Shown here one piece after another: positions 1 through 15,348 of a stretch of DNA of 64,000 nt. Within the stretch, counting starts at the first letter, position 1. Each line of letters starts with the position of its first letter. The notes below the pieces were generated by a model. It had not been told where the DNA came from. It made no database searches and saw only the letters and a program-made list of their open reading frames with translations. The position numbers were made by a program, and so were the translations under genes. The DNA comes from the human T2T-CHM13v2.0 reference genome, Homo sapiens. The stretch lies in NCBI RefSeq assembly GCF_009914755.1, contig NC_060944.1. One strand, written 5' to 3'.

Positions 1-994
1 GGGTTTCGAACAAGCCTGTGCTGACGGCCCTGGCACACAGGGTTTCTGAATTAACTCTGCCATCGTTCCTGGCCTCAGCTGTGGTGGGGAAGGCAGTTCG
101 GGGTCATGAGAACCCTGAGGGTTGCTCCCAAGTCAGTGTTTGCTGGGTCTAGTGGGGGCCTCTCCACCTGGAGTCTGTCTGGGAGGTTAGAAAAGACCGT
201 CCGTGAGCCTGGGCCCTGCTGGGGCTGGTCATCTGCTCAGGGAGAGGGCGATCCCCTGCCAGCCCAGCAAGGCCACCCCAGCGGTCACCCCCTTGGGAGG
301 GTGTGGACAGGAGCCTCCCCTCCCACCCGCCCCGCAGCCTCTGCAGCCATCTTACAAAGCCTCTGGGTTCTGCAAAGCAAAAGGGTTTTGCACCTTCCCA
401 CTCAGCACAGGCTGGCTGCGGAGCCGGGAAGCAGTGTGCCAGTCTGGGGCTGTCTCTTGATCTAAACACAATGGGATGAATTAGAGAGAAAGGCAGAATA
501 CAAAACAAGCAATTGCTCTCGAAGAGCGAGGTGAGAACGCCCTGCCTGAGGTCGAGGGGCTGAGGCCGGCTGTCTGGAGCCTGTGTCGGGGGCACCCTCC
601 TGCTGTCTGGCTGTGCCCTCACCTGTGGGCAGGCATACCGTGTGCACCCCTCCCGCTCCCCACCTGGTCTCCACGGCCAAGCTCAGACCAACCACCCAGA
701 GGCTGCGCCCCGGTCCAGATCCCCCTAACACACCTGCTGTTTCATTATCTAACCTTTCACTCCACCTCCGTCCTCCCCATCAAAATTACACATGCGAGGG
801 GGCAGAGGCCAGGCTGTCCCTCCCATAGGTCCAGCCCCACCAGCCGTCGCCCCAGCGTGTCCCATCCCAGCCTCCCAAGCCGCAGTCCTGTGCCCCCCAA
901 TTTGCTTCCTTTCCCACACCCAAGGGAGCACAGTCAGTGCTCCAGGAACTGAGGCAGCACCTCTAGGCTCGCTCTTTTAGAAATGAGGCTGAGG

Positions 995-1462
<468 letters not shown>

Positions 1463-1919
1463 AGAGAAATGAGCCTGAGGCCCAGGAGGACCTGCCGAGC
1501 TCACAGCTGGCCAGGGAACAAGCCAGGCCCCCACTTCTGGCACCAAACCCCAGGCATTCGGCTGCTTCTGAGAGGCTTGAGGCCCTACCAACCACTCAAA
1601 CGCCATTCCCAGACCCAGACAGGGCTAGGAGGCAAGGGGTAGCAGCTGAGGGGTGCACACAGCAGAGGATACTGCCAGAAGCACGAATGAGATTCCCATG
1701 GAGGCAGCCCCACCTCCAGACCACCACGGCTGTCACAGCAGACACCCCTGTCTCCCACCATGACCTTCTGCTCTGGAACATCCACCCCTAAAACCTCAGA
1801 CCCAGCCACTGAGGCCCATGGCCCAGAGCCCAGCTACCCAGCCGGCTCCAGGGAGGGTGGCCCAGCCAGTTCCTGCCACCTGAGGATGTTGGTACACACA
1901 CCAGACTCAGAGGGAGACC

Positions 1920-2400
1920 CAGACAGACAGCAACACAAAGACAGAGAGAGAGACACAGAGAGGAAAGCAGAGACACAGAGAGACATGGAGAGAGACACAG
2001 AGACAGAGAAACAGACACATAGAGGAAAACAGACACAGGGAGACACAGAGACAGAGATACAGAGACACAAGAAAACAGAGACAGAGATAGAGACAGAGAC
2101 ACAGAGATATAGAGATAGAGACACAGACTCAGGAAAACAGACAGAGAGAGACACAGGAGAACAGAGACACAGAGATACAGAGATAGAGACACAGAAACAA
2201 CAGAGACACACAGACAGGGACAGACACAGGAAAACAGTGAAAGACAGAGACACAGAGGAAAACACACAGATATACAGAGAGAGACACAACAGAGACAGAC
2301 ACAGGAAGGAAAACATACAAGGAGACAGAGACACAGAAAAACACAGAGAAAAACACAGAGACATCACAGGAGAAAGATACAAAGACAGACAGAGACACAT
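1920..2400. repeat. Degenerate (GAGACACA/GACA)n purine-rich low-complexity repeat
   Basis: Continuous gagacacaga/gacagaga motifs. Confidence 0.9.
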
Positions 2401-3966
2401 ATTCTGCCTCGCCTCCAAATCCAGCTTGGCGTGGACCTCGCTGGGACTGGATGGCCTTCTCTACAGCTGCTGAACAGCCTCGCCGTCCCCAGGGCTTCCC
2501 TGCTGTTGGCCATGACCCTCCCCTGCTGCTTGGAATTGCAAAGCCAGGCGGTCTGGGAGTCCCAGCCACCACGCGTCCCCCAGAATATTCATGGGGCTGG
2601 GCCAGGTGACTCCCTGCTCTCTTTAGAGACAAATCGAAAGGCGCCAGGGTGCTGTGGCATCAGTGGCGCTGAGGCATCCTCTGGCCGGCCCTGCATGGCC
2701 TTCAAGCTGCTTGAGTCCATTGGACAAAGTCCCTCAAGGCCACCCTATGTGGCCAGGGCTGAGACGCCTAGAGAGGTAGACGCTCAGCCTGGGCAGGGAC
2801 GGGGACCACACTAGCAGGGGTCAGAGAAGGGGTCAGCCAGGGGGAAGGTCAAGGCTGCCGCCCGGCGGGTCACCACCAGGCCCCCACACTACCCCAGCCT
2901 GGCCGTCTGCTTCCTGTTCAGTTCTCACCCCCTGAGTTCTCAGGTCTGTGAGTTTGCTGGACCGTCTGCCAGGAGAGCTTAGGGTCCCTGTAGGCTTGTG
3001 GGTGCCATCAGGTCAGAGATGAGAAGTCACCTCCAAGCAGAGGCCTTCCCGGAACCCCCAGCACTACTGCAGCCAGGCTGCCGCCAGCATCGCTGTGTCT
3101 GTAGCTCTTATTGGCCCTGAAGTCACTGCAGGTGGTTCTTTCAGTGGTCTCTCCTCCCCAGGATCCAAGACCTCTGACGGCAGGGGCTCCTATGGCTTCT
3201 CCAAGGCAGTGATGTTTGTGGGAGGGAGGAAGGGAGAAAGGTGGAGGGAAGCTAGACTAACCAAGAAAAAAGAGAGAAGACATAGCTAAAATCAGATATG
3301 AAAGAGGAGACTTTACAAGATGCCACAGAAATCAAAAGGATCATAATAAACTGTGAACAATTTTATACAAACCAGCTGGACAGCCTGGAAAAAATGGATA
3401 CATTCCTAGAAACTCACAAGCTTCCTAGAGTCAATCGCGAGAAATGGAAAATCTGAAAGGACCAATAACAAAGAAGGAGATTGAATCAGTTACCAAAAAC
3501 CTCCCAAAAAAGAAAACCCCAGGGCAGGGCCAGGTTGCTTCATCGATGGATGCTACAAACATTTAAAGAAGAATTAACACCAGTCCTTATACAATTCCGA
3601 AAATGTGAAGAGGAAGGAACACTTTCTAACTCATCTTACAAGGTCAGCATTACCCTGATACCAAAGCCAGAGAAGGACGCTATGAGAAAAGAACCAAGAG
3701 GCAAAAATCTTCAACAAAATACTGGCAAACTTCATTCAACAGCATGTTGAAAGGCTCATCCACCATGAGCAGGTGGGATTTATCCCTGGGATGCAAACAC
3801 AGTTCAGCACATATGAATCAGTAAATGTGATCCACCACATGAACAGAAGGAAGGACAAGAGCCATTTGATCATCTCATTTGATACAGAAAAAGCATTTGA
3901 CAAAACTCAGCATCCTTTCATGATAAAAACACTCAACAAACTGGGTGTTGAATGCATGCTACACAA

Positions 3967-4101
3967 TAAAGGCCACGTATGACAGACCCACAGCTAACAC
4001 CACACTCAGTGTAAAGGCCACGTATGACAGACCCACAGCTAACACCACACTCAGTGTAAAGGCCACGTATGACAGACCCACAGCTAACACCACACTCAGT
4101 G
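3967..4101 (+). repeat. Perfect 3 x 45-bp tandem repeat inside the L1 ORF2 remnant
   Basis: taaaggccacgtatgacagacccacagctaacaccacactcagtg at 3967, 4012 and 4057. Confidence 0.95.
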
Positions 4102-4427
4102 GTAAGAAGTAGAAAGCTTTTTCTCTAAGGTCAGGCAAAGCAAGGATGCTCTACTCAACATGGTCCTGGAAGGCCTAGCCAGAGCCATTAAGCAAGATAA
4201 AGCAGTAAAAGGCATTCACATCAGAAAGGAAGAAGTAAAATTGTCTCTGCAGATGACATGAACTTATGTATAGAAAACCCTAAAGACTCCACAAAAACAA
4301 AAACAAAAACAAAAAAAACTGTTAGCACTAATAAACACATTCAATAAAGTTGCAGGACACAAAATTGGCATATGAAAATAAGTTGTGTTTCTATACACTA
4401 GCAATGAATTATCCCAAAAAGAAATCA

Positions 4428-4739
<312 letters not shown>

Positions 4740-5186
4740 TTACAATAGCATCAAAAAGAGTAAATTTAATCAAGGAAGTAAAAGACCTGTACACTGAATA
4801 TAACATGATGAAAGAAATTGCACAAATAAATGGAAAGATACCTCATGTTCATGCATTGCAAGAATTCATATTGTTAAAATTTTCATACTACCCAAAGTGA
4901 TCTACAGATTCAGTGCAATCCCTATCAAAATTTCAATGACATTTTACACAGAAATAGAAAAAAAAAATCCTAGGATTCATAGTGAACCACAACAGACCTC
5001 AAATAGTCAAAGCAACATTAAGAAAGAGGAACAAAACTGGAGGCATCACACTTCCTAATTTCCTTTTATATTACAAAGCTATAGTAATCAAAACAGCATG
5101 GTACTAGTACCACATAGACCCACAGAACAGAACAGAGAGCCCAGCAATAAACCCACTTTCGTACAGTCAAATCATCTTTGACAAGG

Positions 5187-5608
5187 TGCTATGGTTTGAA
5201 TGTCCCCTCCAAATCTTATTAAAACTTCATCCCCAGTGTGGCAGGATTGAGAGGTAGAGCCTTTCAGAGGTGATGGGATCTGTGAGGACTGGACCCTCAT
5301 GAATGGATTAATCCATTCATAAATAAATGAGTTATAGGATTAAGGGGCAATCACACAAGGGGAGCTGGTGGCTTTATAAGAAGAGAAAGAGAGACCTGAG
5401 CTAGCATGCTCTGCCCCCTCTGCACGCGATGCCCCATGCCACGGCGGAACTTTTCCGAGAGTCCCCCCAGCAAGAAGGCTTTCACCAGTCGCATCCCCTG
5501 GGCCTTGGACTTCCCAGCCTCCATAACCATGATAAATACCTGACTTTTCTTTGTAAATTACCCAGTTTCAGGTCTTCTGTCATAAGCAACATAAAATGGA
5601 CTTAGACA
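5187..5608 (+). mobile_element. MaLR solo LTR (MST-like)
   Basis: tgctatggtttgaatgtcccc...aaaatggacttagaca (TG...CA ends); 5-bp TSD caagg at 5182-5186 and 5609-5613. Confidence 0.85.
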
Positions 5609-5698
5609 CAAGGGCACCAATACACAATGGGGAAAAAGCAGTCTCCTCAAACAGTGATGGGAAAACTGGATATCCCCATGCAAGAGAATGAAATTGTA

Positions 5699-5879
5699 GG
5701 CCGGGCGCGGTGGCTCACGCCTATAATCCCAGCACTTTGGGAGGCCGAGGTGGGCGGATCACGAGGTCAGGAGATCGAGACCATCCTGGCTAACACGGTG
5801 AAACCCCGTCTCTACTAAAAATACAAAAAATTAGCCGGGTGTGGTGGCGGGCGCCTGTAGTCCCAGCTACTCGAGAGCC
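5699..5879 (+). mobile_element. 3'-truncated AluY without a poly(A) tail
   Basis: AluY left arm and start of right arm; tgaaattgta on both sides (5689-5698, 5880-5889). Confidence 0.9.
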
Positions 5880-6947
5880 TGAAATTGTACCCTTATCTCA
5901 CACCATGCAAAAAAAAATCAGCTTAAAGTGGATTAAAGATCTAAACATAAAACCTGAAACTATAACACTGCTAGGAGAAAACATAGAAGAAAAGCTTCTT
6001 GACATTGGTCTTGGCAGTGATTTTTTTATGACAGCAAAAACACAGGCAACAAAAGCAACATAAATGAGACTACATTAAAATGAAAAGTCTCTGCACAGCA
6101 AAAGAAACAGCAAAACGAAAAGGCAGTCTCTACAAAATGGGAGAAAAATAACCCATTTAAAAATGGAAAAGGGGCCTGAGTAGACATTTTTCCAAAGAAG
6201 AGCTACATATGGCCAATGGGTTTCTGAAAAGGTGCTCAACACCACTAGTCATCAGGAAACTGCAAATCAAAACCACAGTGAGCTATCACTGTACACCTGT
6301 TAGGATGGCGATCATCAAAAAGCCGGCAGATAACTCGTGGTGGGGACAATGTGGCGAAAAGGGGGCCCCGGTGCACTGTTGGTGGGAATGTATTAAATGG
6401 GTACAGCTGTTACGGAAAACAGGATGGGGGCTCCTCAAAAAAAGTAAAGGCAGAACCACCGTAGGATCCAGCAATCCCACTTCTGGGTATTTATGCAAAG
6501 GAAGCGGAATCCGGATCTTGAAAAGATCCCTGCAAGCCCCTGTCCGCTGCGGCACTGTTCACAATCGCCAAGACACGGAATCAACCCAGGTGTCCCTCAG
6601 CAGACCCGCGGATCGAGAGAGCGTGGTGCAGATACACAGCAGAGTGCTGCTCCGTCTTGAAAAATAAGCAGATCTGGTCATTTGCGGTAGCCGCAACGAA
6701 CCTGGGGGCATTATGCTAAGTGAAATAAGCCAGGCGCAGAAAGACAAATGCTGTGTGATCTCGCTTATGTGTGGAATCTGAAAAAGCCAAACTCGTGAAG
6801 ACAGAGAGCAGAGCACTGAGTGCTGGAGGAGGGGAACGAGGAATGGGGAGAGGACGATCAAGGGCTGCAAAGTTTCAGTTATAAGGCGAGTACATTCTGG
6901 AGCTTTGAGGTATGGTGTGAGGACCAGAGTTAACAATACTGCATTGC

Positions 6948-7751
<804 letters not shown>

Positions 7752-10700
7752 TAAAGCTGGGGGAAAAGGTTAAAAATATATACATTTAAATTTAAAACTT
7801 CCATGATTTCTTATAGTAATGTTACAGTTTTTGGTTTTAGGTTTTAATCTTCTCACCATGTGGAATTTTTTTGGGGTAAGATCTCTATGAGTTAGGGTAC
7901 TAACTCCAGGAACTAAGTCAAATTGTCTTATCCCTTAAGAAAAGGAATATTTATTTCACTCAAGACACACTGAAAGTCCAAGAATAATAGCTGCAGGCGC
8001 AGCTTGACCCAGGAGCACAAACAATGTCATGGGGTGCCCCGCTTCACCGGTGCTGGCTTTATTCTTAGGCAGGTCTTCTCTAAAAGGTAGGAAAACGGCA
8101 CTGACGGCCACGGATGCATTTCCTGCTCAGTGAGCCCAGGCAAAGCTGGTGTCTAGCAAAGGTTTGGGGCTGGCCCTCATCAGACAAATGTGACTGATGC
8201 AAATGTTTGGCTGACCTGTCCAATGAGGGCCTACCCAGGCCTTTTGGGATGTGTTGATTGGCCAGGTCTGGGCCACATGCCAGCGGGATGGAGGGTGCAC
8301 GGCTCCCCAGGGGAAGGAGGCGGGTGGGACAGGGGCCCTGAGGACCCAGCTTCCTGTGGTCCAGGCCGTCAGCTGTCCAGCGCCATGCCTGGGTGGCCAG
8401 TCTTCTCCCCGATGATCTGGATGCTGTCTCCATCACAGATGGAGCTTCTGTCTGATCTGGCACTGTCGATGCCAAATTCTCATTAAGGTCACTCTCAGTG
8501 ACACTCAGGTACATCCCAGTGGCTGGCAAGGCTGACGCTCCCTTGTCCTAGCGACCTGCCTTTCAAGAGCCTTTCTGGCCATTCTGAGACTATTTCCCAC
8601 TTGAACTGTAGAGTCCATGTGTCTATGCACAACAGCTCTCGTGTTTTATAGGGACTGGATGCACAGACGTGATCTCAACGGGTCCTTCTGTCCAGGAAGG
8701 GGCCTGTCCTTCCCCTCGCTCAGTCCTCCCCTCACCTCCCCTCACCCCCAGCAGCATCGCAGGCTTTCCTCCGAGTCCCCGCGCTGCCGATGGACGTGCT
8801 CCCTTTGCTTGTTGTGGAGGTGGGGGGCAGCTCCTTACCCAGAGCGGGAGAGATTACAGGAAAGGACAGCGCAAGCCAAAGCCCCTGCTTCCAGCTGTGC
8901 GTCTGGGAAGAGAAGGCCGGCCCCAGGAGTCGGGGTGCATTCCCCTCACCCCCCAATCCTACTCGGCTTCAGTCTCCAGGGTGGGCAGGTGGGGGAGGCG
9001 GGGGAGGGCCAGACTTCCTCTGCAAGGCCCCGCCTCTGTCCCCACACGTGGCCCTGCGGCAGACTCTGTTCCCTCCCTCTGGAAACGGCAGGATCCTCCA
9101 ACGGGGGCAGCCAGGGGGCCGGGGCCAGACCCTACAACCCACCAGCCCCCAGAGGTAGCTATTTTTGCAGCCAGCCGTGTTGGTGAGGTTGGTATTTTAA
9201 ATGTTTTGACATTTAAAATCTGTGTTGGATACATTGGTGCTGTTTAAACTATCCCCGGGCTGCGGTGACTCACAGGGAATGGGTTTATCTCCTGAGGCTG
9301 GGCCTGGCCTCCCCTGTCCCCGCTCCCAGCAGCCGGAGTGGGAAGAGGGAGTTTTTACCTGCCCCCAGTCTCACCAGCACCTTGTTGTCCTGCAGAAGGT
9401 GGACTTCGGCCAGAGCAGGAGAACAGGAGGGACGCGGGACGGCCTCAGATCCGGACGCCCAAGCAGGGGAGGGCAGAACAGACCCGCCACCCAGCCAGGG
9501 TCAGCAGCGGTGGTGGTGGCTCTCAGGAGCCCACACAGGTGGCACGAGCAAGGGGCGCTGGGCTGGCAGGTGCAGGATGCTGCCTCCCGGGGGTTTGAGT
9601 GCCCCCTCTCCATGCATGTCCTCTGATCTGTTAGCAGAACTCTGCTCAAATGGAATGTGAGGGTAAACTCAGGCCGCCTCCTTCCTGAAGGCCTCTGAGT
9701 GCTTCTGAGTGGAGCCGGGAGCTTCGATGGGAGCAGGAAGGACCTCCAGAGGTGCCTCAGCCGGTGCCCAGAGGGGGCCAGGGAGAAAACCTGCCGACAT
9801 TCCCACGACCCCAGCACCTCTCAGTGGCTGCCCTGTCCCATGGCCACCGCCGCCTTCATTAGCGAGACACGGCGAGGATTGTCCTCACCGGGACCATCCT
9901 GACTTGGACCGTTGAGGCCATGTGGCTCCGCCCTCCCTTGTGGCAGGAGGTTGGGAGGGAGGTGGCCCCTGCAGCCCAGCCCAGGGAATCCCACGGCAGA
10001 TACCCCTGGACTTTCTACCGCAATCACAGCCACCAGCCACAGAGCTAGTACAGGCCGCTTCTCCAAGACACCCAAAAGCTTCTTGGAATCAGAAATTCAG
10101 CATGAGGATCCCGGGCAGCTTGGCAGAGAGGGGGCAGCCTCCGTCCCCGGCACAGGATCGAACCCGCAAGTGTGGCAGCCAAAGACGCCAAGATCTGGCT
10201 TGCAGAGAAGAGCATCTTACAAAGAACCGAAGGCCAAGGAAGATTTTAAAGCCATTGATGGCTGTTATTCCACTGCCCCAGGGAGGGGTGCCGGTTTCTC
10301 CATTGGAAGCCGGGCCATGGCCGTCCTGGCTGGTTCTGCTGCTGCCAGTCCGCAGACATGTCCCCTTCCTGTTCTGAGCAGCAGCTCTGGTTGAGGAGGA
10401 GGCTAGGCCACTGCCCATCTGGGGAAGTCACAGCCACCCTGCCAGTGCCTACAGAGTCACGTCTCAGCCAGGAGTCGCAGAAGGAGCGGGACTCAGCTCA
10501 GGCCAGGCTCAAATCCAGGCACAGCCCCCCTTGCGCTGGAGTCTTTGGGCAGGACCTCTACCCTGTCCAGGACTCGGATCAGGTGCAGGGTAGCTATGAT
10601 GACCCAGCCTTGTGGGTTGATGTGGAAGCTAGAGGTGGGGAGTGGGGGCTCCAGGTGCTGATAACAGGGGCCCTATACCTTTCAATGCCCTGAGAGGTAG

Positions 10701-11220
10701 CTGGGGTGGGAGGGAGGAAGGGGCCTCTATTAGTGTGAGCTGTCAGGACCTAGGAGAACTGTCTGCACACAGCTACAAGGCCAGGGCTTGACTCTCCCAC
10801 AAGACGGGCCTTGGGGTGGGGCAGCCACGTGCTTGTGGGCCTCAGCCATGCACACAACATGTCCAGACCTGGGAACCTAGAGCCTAGGGCCTTTGCCACA
10901 GCTGGGACACCCCAGTGGTTGTGTTCCTTGCTGTGTACAGGCGGGACCCTCGGGAGGGACTCATGAAAGTAGGGGAGTCTGCAAACTTCTTCCCAGTCAG
11001 AGGCAGGGTCGGGGGCAGGCTGAGGGCCAGCTTACAACAGCAGCCAGGGGTGGCCATGTCTTCCGGGCAGCCGGGATAGGGCCGGACCTCCTGAACTTGT
11101 GTTGACTGAGCACCTCACACTGAGCAGGCCTGACACCCCAATCAGCACGGCAGGCATCCCAGCTGAGGGTGCATGAGTCCCGCTGCTGGCTCTGACAGCC
11201 TCGCCCTTCCTCTCCTGCAG

Positions 11221-11422
11221 GTCAACACCTTCATGTCCTTCATATTCCCCATGGTGGTCATCTCGGTCCTGAACACCATCATCGCCAACAAGCTGACCGT
11301 CATGGTACGCCAGGCGGCCGAGCAGGGCCAAGTGTGCACGGTCGGGGGCGAGCACAGCACATTCAGCATGGCCATCGAGCCTGGCAGGGTCCAGGCCCTG
11401 CGGCACGGCGTGCGTGTCCTAC
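11221..11422 (+). CDS. NTSR1: Neurotensin receptor 1, coding exon 2 (TM5-ICL3)
   Basis: ctcctgcag|GTCAAC; [67 protein letters not shown](R); donor c|gtacgt; 202 bp. Confidence 0.97.
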
Positions 11423-11580
11423 GTACGTAACCTCTGGGCCCTCCAGGGGCGGGAGGCAGGCCAGGGCTAGCAAAGGCAGCGAGCGCTGAACCACCCCAAG
11501 CCTGGGCAAGGTTTAAAGACATAGGGATGGAGCTGTCAGGCCAAGACCCAAGGGTGCCAGCTCCCCCGAGGGGTGAGTGC

Positions 11581-12975
11581 CATTCTGCACTCCATCCCTC
11601 CCTCCATCCTTCCATCTATCCTTCCCTCCCTCCATCCATCCATCCTTCCCTCCCTCCCTCCATCCATCCATCCCTTCCTCCTTCTATCCCTCCACCCCTC
11701 CCTCCTCCCTTCATCCCTCCCTCCATCCATCCATCCTTCTCTCCCTCCTTCCCTCCATTCACTCCTCTACCTCTCCCTCCATCCATCCCTCTCTCCCTCA
11801 TTCACTCCTCTACCTCTCCCTCCATCCATCCCTCTCTCCCTCCTTCCCTCCATTCATTCCTCTACCTCTCCCTCCCTTCCTTCCTCCCTCCCTCCATCCA
11901 TCCATCCCTCTCTCCCTTCCTCCCTTCATCCCTCCATCCACCCTCCCTCCCTCCCTCCATCCCTCCCTCCATCCATCCATCCTCCCTCCCTCCTTCCATC
12001 CATCCTCCCTCCCTCCATCCATCCTCCCTCCCTCCCTCCATCCATCCTCCCTCCCTCTCTCCATCCCTCATTCCATCCCTCCCCGATCCATCCCTCATTC
12101 CATCCCTCCCTCTCTCCCTCCCTCCATTCATCCATCCATTGTCCCTCCCTCCCTCCATCCATCCTCCCTCCTCTCTCCCTCCCTCCATCCTCCCTCCCTC
12201 CATCGCTCCCTCCCTCCATCCATCCTCCCTCCCTCCATCCCTCCCTCCATCCATCCTCCCTCCCTCCATCACTCCCTCCCTCCATGCATTCTCCCTCCCT
12301 CCCTCCATCCCTCCCTCCATCCATCCTCCCTCCCTCCATCATCCCTCCCTCCCTCCATCCCTCATTCCATCCCTCCCTCCCTCCCTCCATCCCTCCCTTC
12401 ATCTATCCTCCCTCCCTCCCTCCCTCCATCCCTCATTCCATCCCTCCCTCTCTCCCTCCCTCCATCCATCCTCCCTCCCTCCATCACTCCCTCCCTCCAT
12501 CCATCCTCCCTCCCTCCATCCATCATCCCTCCCTCCCTCCATCCCTCATTCCATCCCTCCCTCCCTCCCTCCCTCCATCCATCATCCCTCCCTCCCTCCA
12601 TCCCTCATTCCATCCCTCCCTCCCTCCCTCCATCCCTGCCTTCATCCATCCTCCCTCCCTCCATCCATCCTCCCTCCCTCCATCATCCCTCTCTCCCTCC
12701 ATCCCTCATTCCATCCCTCCCTCCCTCCCTCCCTCCCTCCAGCCATCCTCCCTCCCTCCAGCCATCATCTCTCCCTCCCTCCCTCCATCCCTCCCTTCAG
12801 CCATCCTCCCTCCCTCCATCCATCCCTCCCTCCCTCCATCCATCCTCCCTCCCTCCACCCATCATCCCTCCCTCCCTCCATCCCTCATTCCATCCATCCA
12901 TCCCTCCTTCCATCCCTCCTTCCCTCCCTTGTTCCATTCCTCCCTCCCTCCATCTATCCATCTCTCTGTCCATCT
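11581..12975. repeat. ~1.4 kb (CCCT/CCAT)n polypyrimidine-rich tract in NTSR1 intron 2
   Basis: Almost no G on the + strand; iterated ccctccatccatcctccct motifs. Confidence 0.95.
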
Positions 12976-13749
12976 GTCCACTTGCTCACGTGCTCACTTA
13001 TTCATTTGCTCAGCAGTTGGCTGAGTGCCCACCCTGGGTCTCGCCTATTCTTGCTCACAGGCATGGAGGCAGCAGAGGCAGGGGCATCCCTGCACTCTGG
13101 GGGAACAGGGGCTCCACCAAGGACACAAACACAGGCACCAGGCACCTTCAGCCAGTGATGAGCATGAAGAAAAAAATACCACCACCACCACCCCTGACTA
13201 CATCTGGCAGCTGGGAGGGGCTCTCAGAGCAGGTGGCATCCTGCAAGTCCCAAGGACCAGGAGCCCATCTGGGCAACAGAGCTGCAGGCGAGGGGATGGC
13301 TGGAGCAAAGGCCCTGTGGTGGGAGGTGCTTGGCAAGAAGGCGGGGCAGGGGCAGGGCAGACGCTGCCAACAACACAGGGCTTGGAGAGTGTGATGGGAA
13401 CTGGAGAGAATGAAGCCCTTTCATGCCTGAGACCCAGGTCTTCAGTTTGGTTTGCCTGAAGCATTTGGCTTGAGCTCCTCCCTGGTGCTGGCCCATTTTC
13501 AGGGCTTGTTTGAGGGTGTGGCCAGTCACAGGAGAGGCCCATAGCCAAGCACATTACCCTAAGAGAGCCTGGCTCTGGGCTCAGCCTTCCCTGCTCATGG
13601 GAACCAGCCAGGGCTTTGGACACGGAGCTCTCAGGGCTGGCGAAGCCCACAGCAGGGCAACGCCCATCCTATCGGAACCCTGAGGACCAGCCCCAGCTCA
13701 GGACGGCTGGCTTGCCAACATCCAAGGTGTGTCCTGGTCCCAGTGTGTG

Positions 13750-14680
13750 CCTGTTGTTTTAATAGTAGCCATCCTAATAGATTTGAGGTGGCATCTCGTT
13801 GTGGTTTTGATTTGCATTTCTCCAGTGATTTAAGATTAATGATTAATAACATCTTTCATGTGCTTGTTGACCATTTGTATCTTCTTTGGAGAAATGTCTG
13901 AGTCCTTTGCCCATTTGTGAATTGGATTGTTTGTTTTCATGTTGAGTTTTAGGAGTTATACTCTCAAGGTTAACTCATTATCAGATGTGATTTGCAAATA
14001 TTTTCTCCTTTTTTGTGAGCTGACTTCCACTCTCCTGATGGCATCCTTTGATACACAGAAATTCAGTGTTTATGTTGTTCAATTTATCTACTTTTTTCTT
14101 TTGTGGCCTGTGCTTTTGGTGTCATACCCAAGAAATCATTGCCAAAATCAATGTTGTAAAGTAATTATGTTTTCTCCTAGGAGTTTTATGGTTTTAGTTC
14201 TTATGTTCAGGTCTTTAATCCACTTCAAGTCCATTTTTGTATATGGTGTGAGGGGAGGATCCACCTTCATACAAGTGGATGTCCCGTTTTCCTAACACCC
14301 TTTGTTGAATAGACTGTCCTTTCCCCACTGAATGGTCTTGGTGAAGATCACTTGACCATAAAGGTAAGGGTTCGTTTCTGAGATTTCTAGTCTATTCCCT
14401 TGGTCTACGTGTCTATCTTTATGCCAGCACCACACTGTAACTTTGTAGTAAGTTTTGAAATCAAGAAGTGTAAGACCTCCAACTTTATTTTCTTACAAGA
14501 TTGTTTTGGCTGTCCGGGATCCTTTGAGATTTCATATGAATTTTAGCACAGATTTTTCTATTTCTGCCAAAAGCATTCTTGAAATTTGATACGGATTGCA
14601 TTGAATCTGTAGAGTGCTTTGGGTAGTACTGACACCTTAACAATATTAAATCTTCCAATCCATGAACATGGGATGTCTCC
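13750..14680 (-). mobile_element. Old L1 (L1M) fragment, antisense
   Basis: gccatcctaat...gtggttttgatttgcatttc...ttgcattgaatctgtag...ccaatccatgaacatggg. Confidence 0.85.
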
Positions 14681-14910
14681 CTGCATCTCCCTCAGACCAC
14701 GTGTCTCCTTCTCTGAGGCCATATCTCTGTGTCTCTAAGCCCATGTCTCTGAGCCAGTGTCTACCTCCCTCAGCCCATGTCTCTCCCTCTCTGAGCCTGT
14801 GTCCTGTCTCTGAGCCTGTGTCCTGTCTCTGAGCTTATGCTCCCTCCCCAAGCCCACGTCTCTCCCTCTCTGAGCTTGTGTCTGGTCTCTGAGCCCATGT
14901 CTCCCCCACT

Positions 14911-15348
<438 letters not shown>

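Noticed and set aside
1760-2473. 237-aa charged ORF
   Set aside because: Low-complexity GAGACACA repeat.
11527-13394. ORFs of 483-605 aa (P/S/L/H-rich)
   Set aside because: Translations of the CCCT/CCAT tract, which lacks stop codons in all three frames; intronic.
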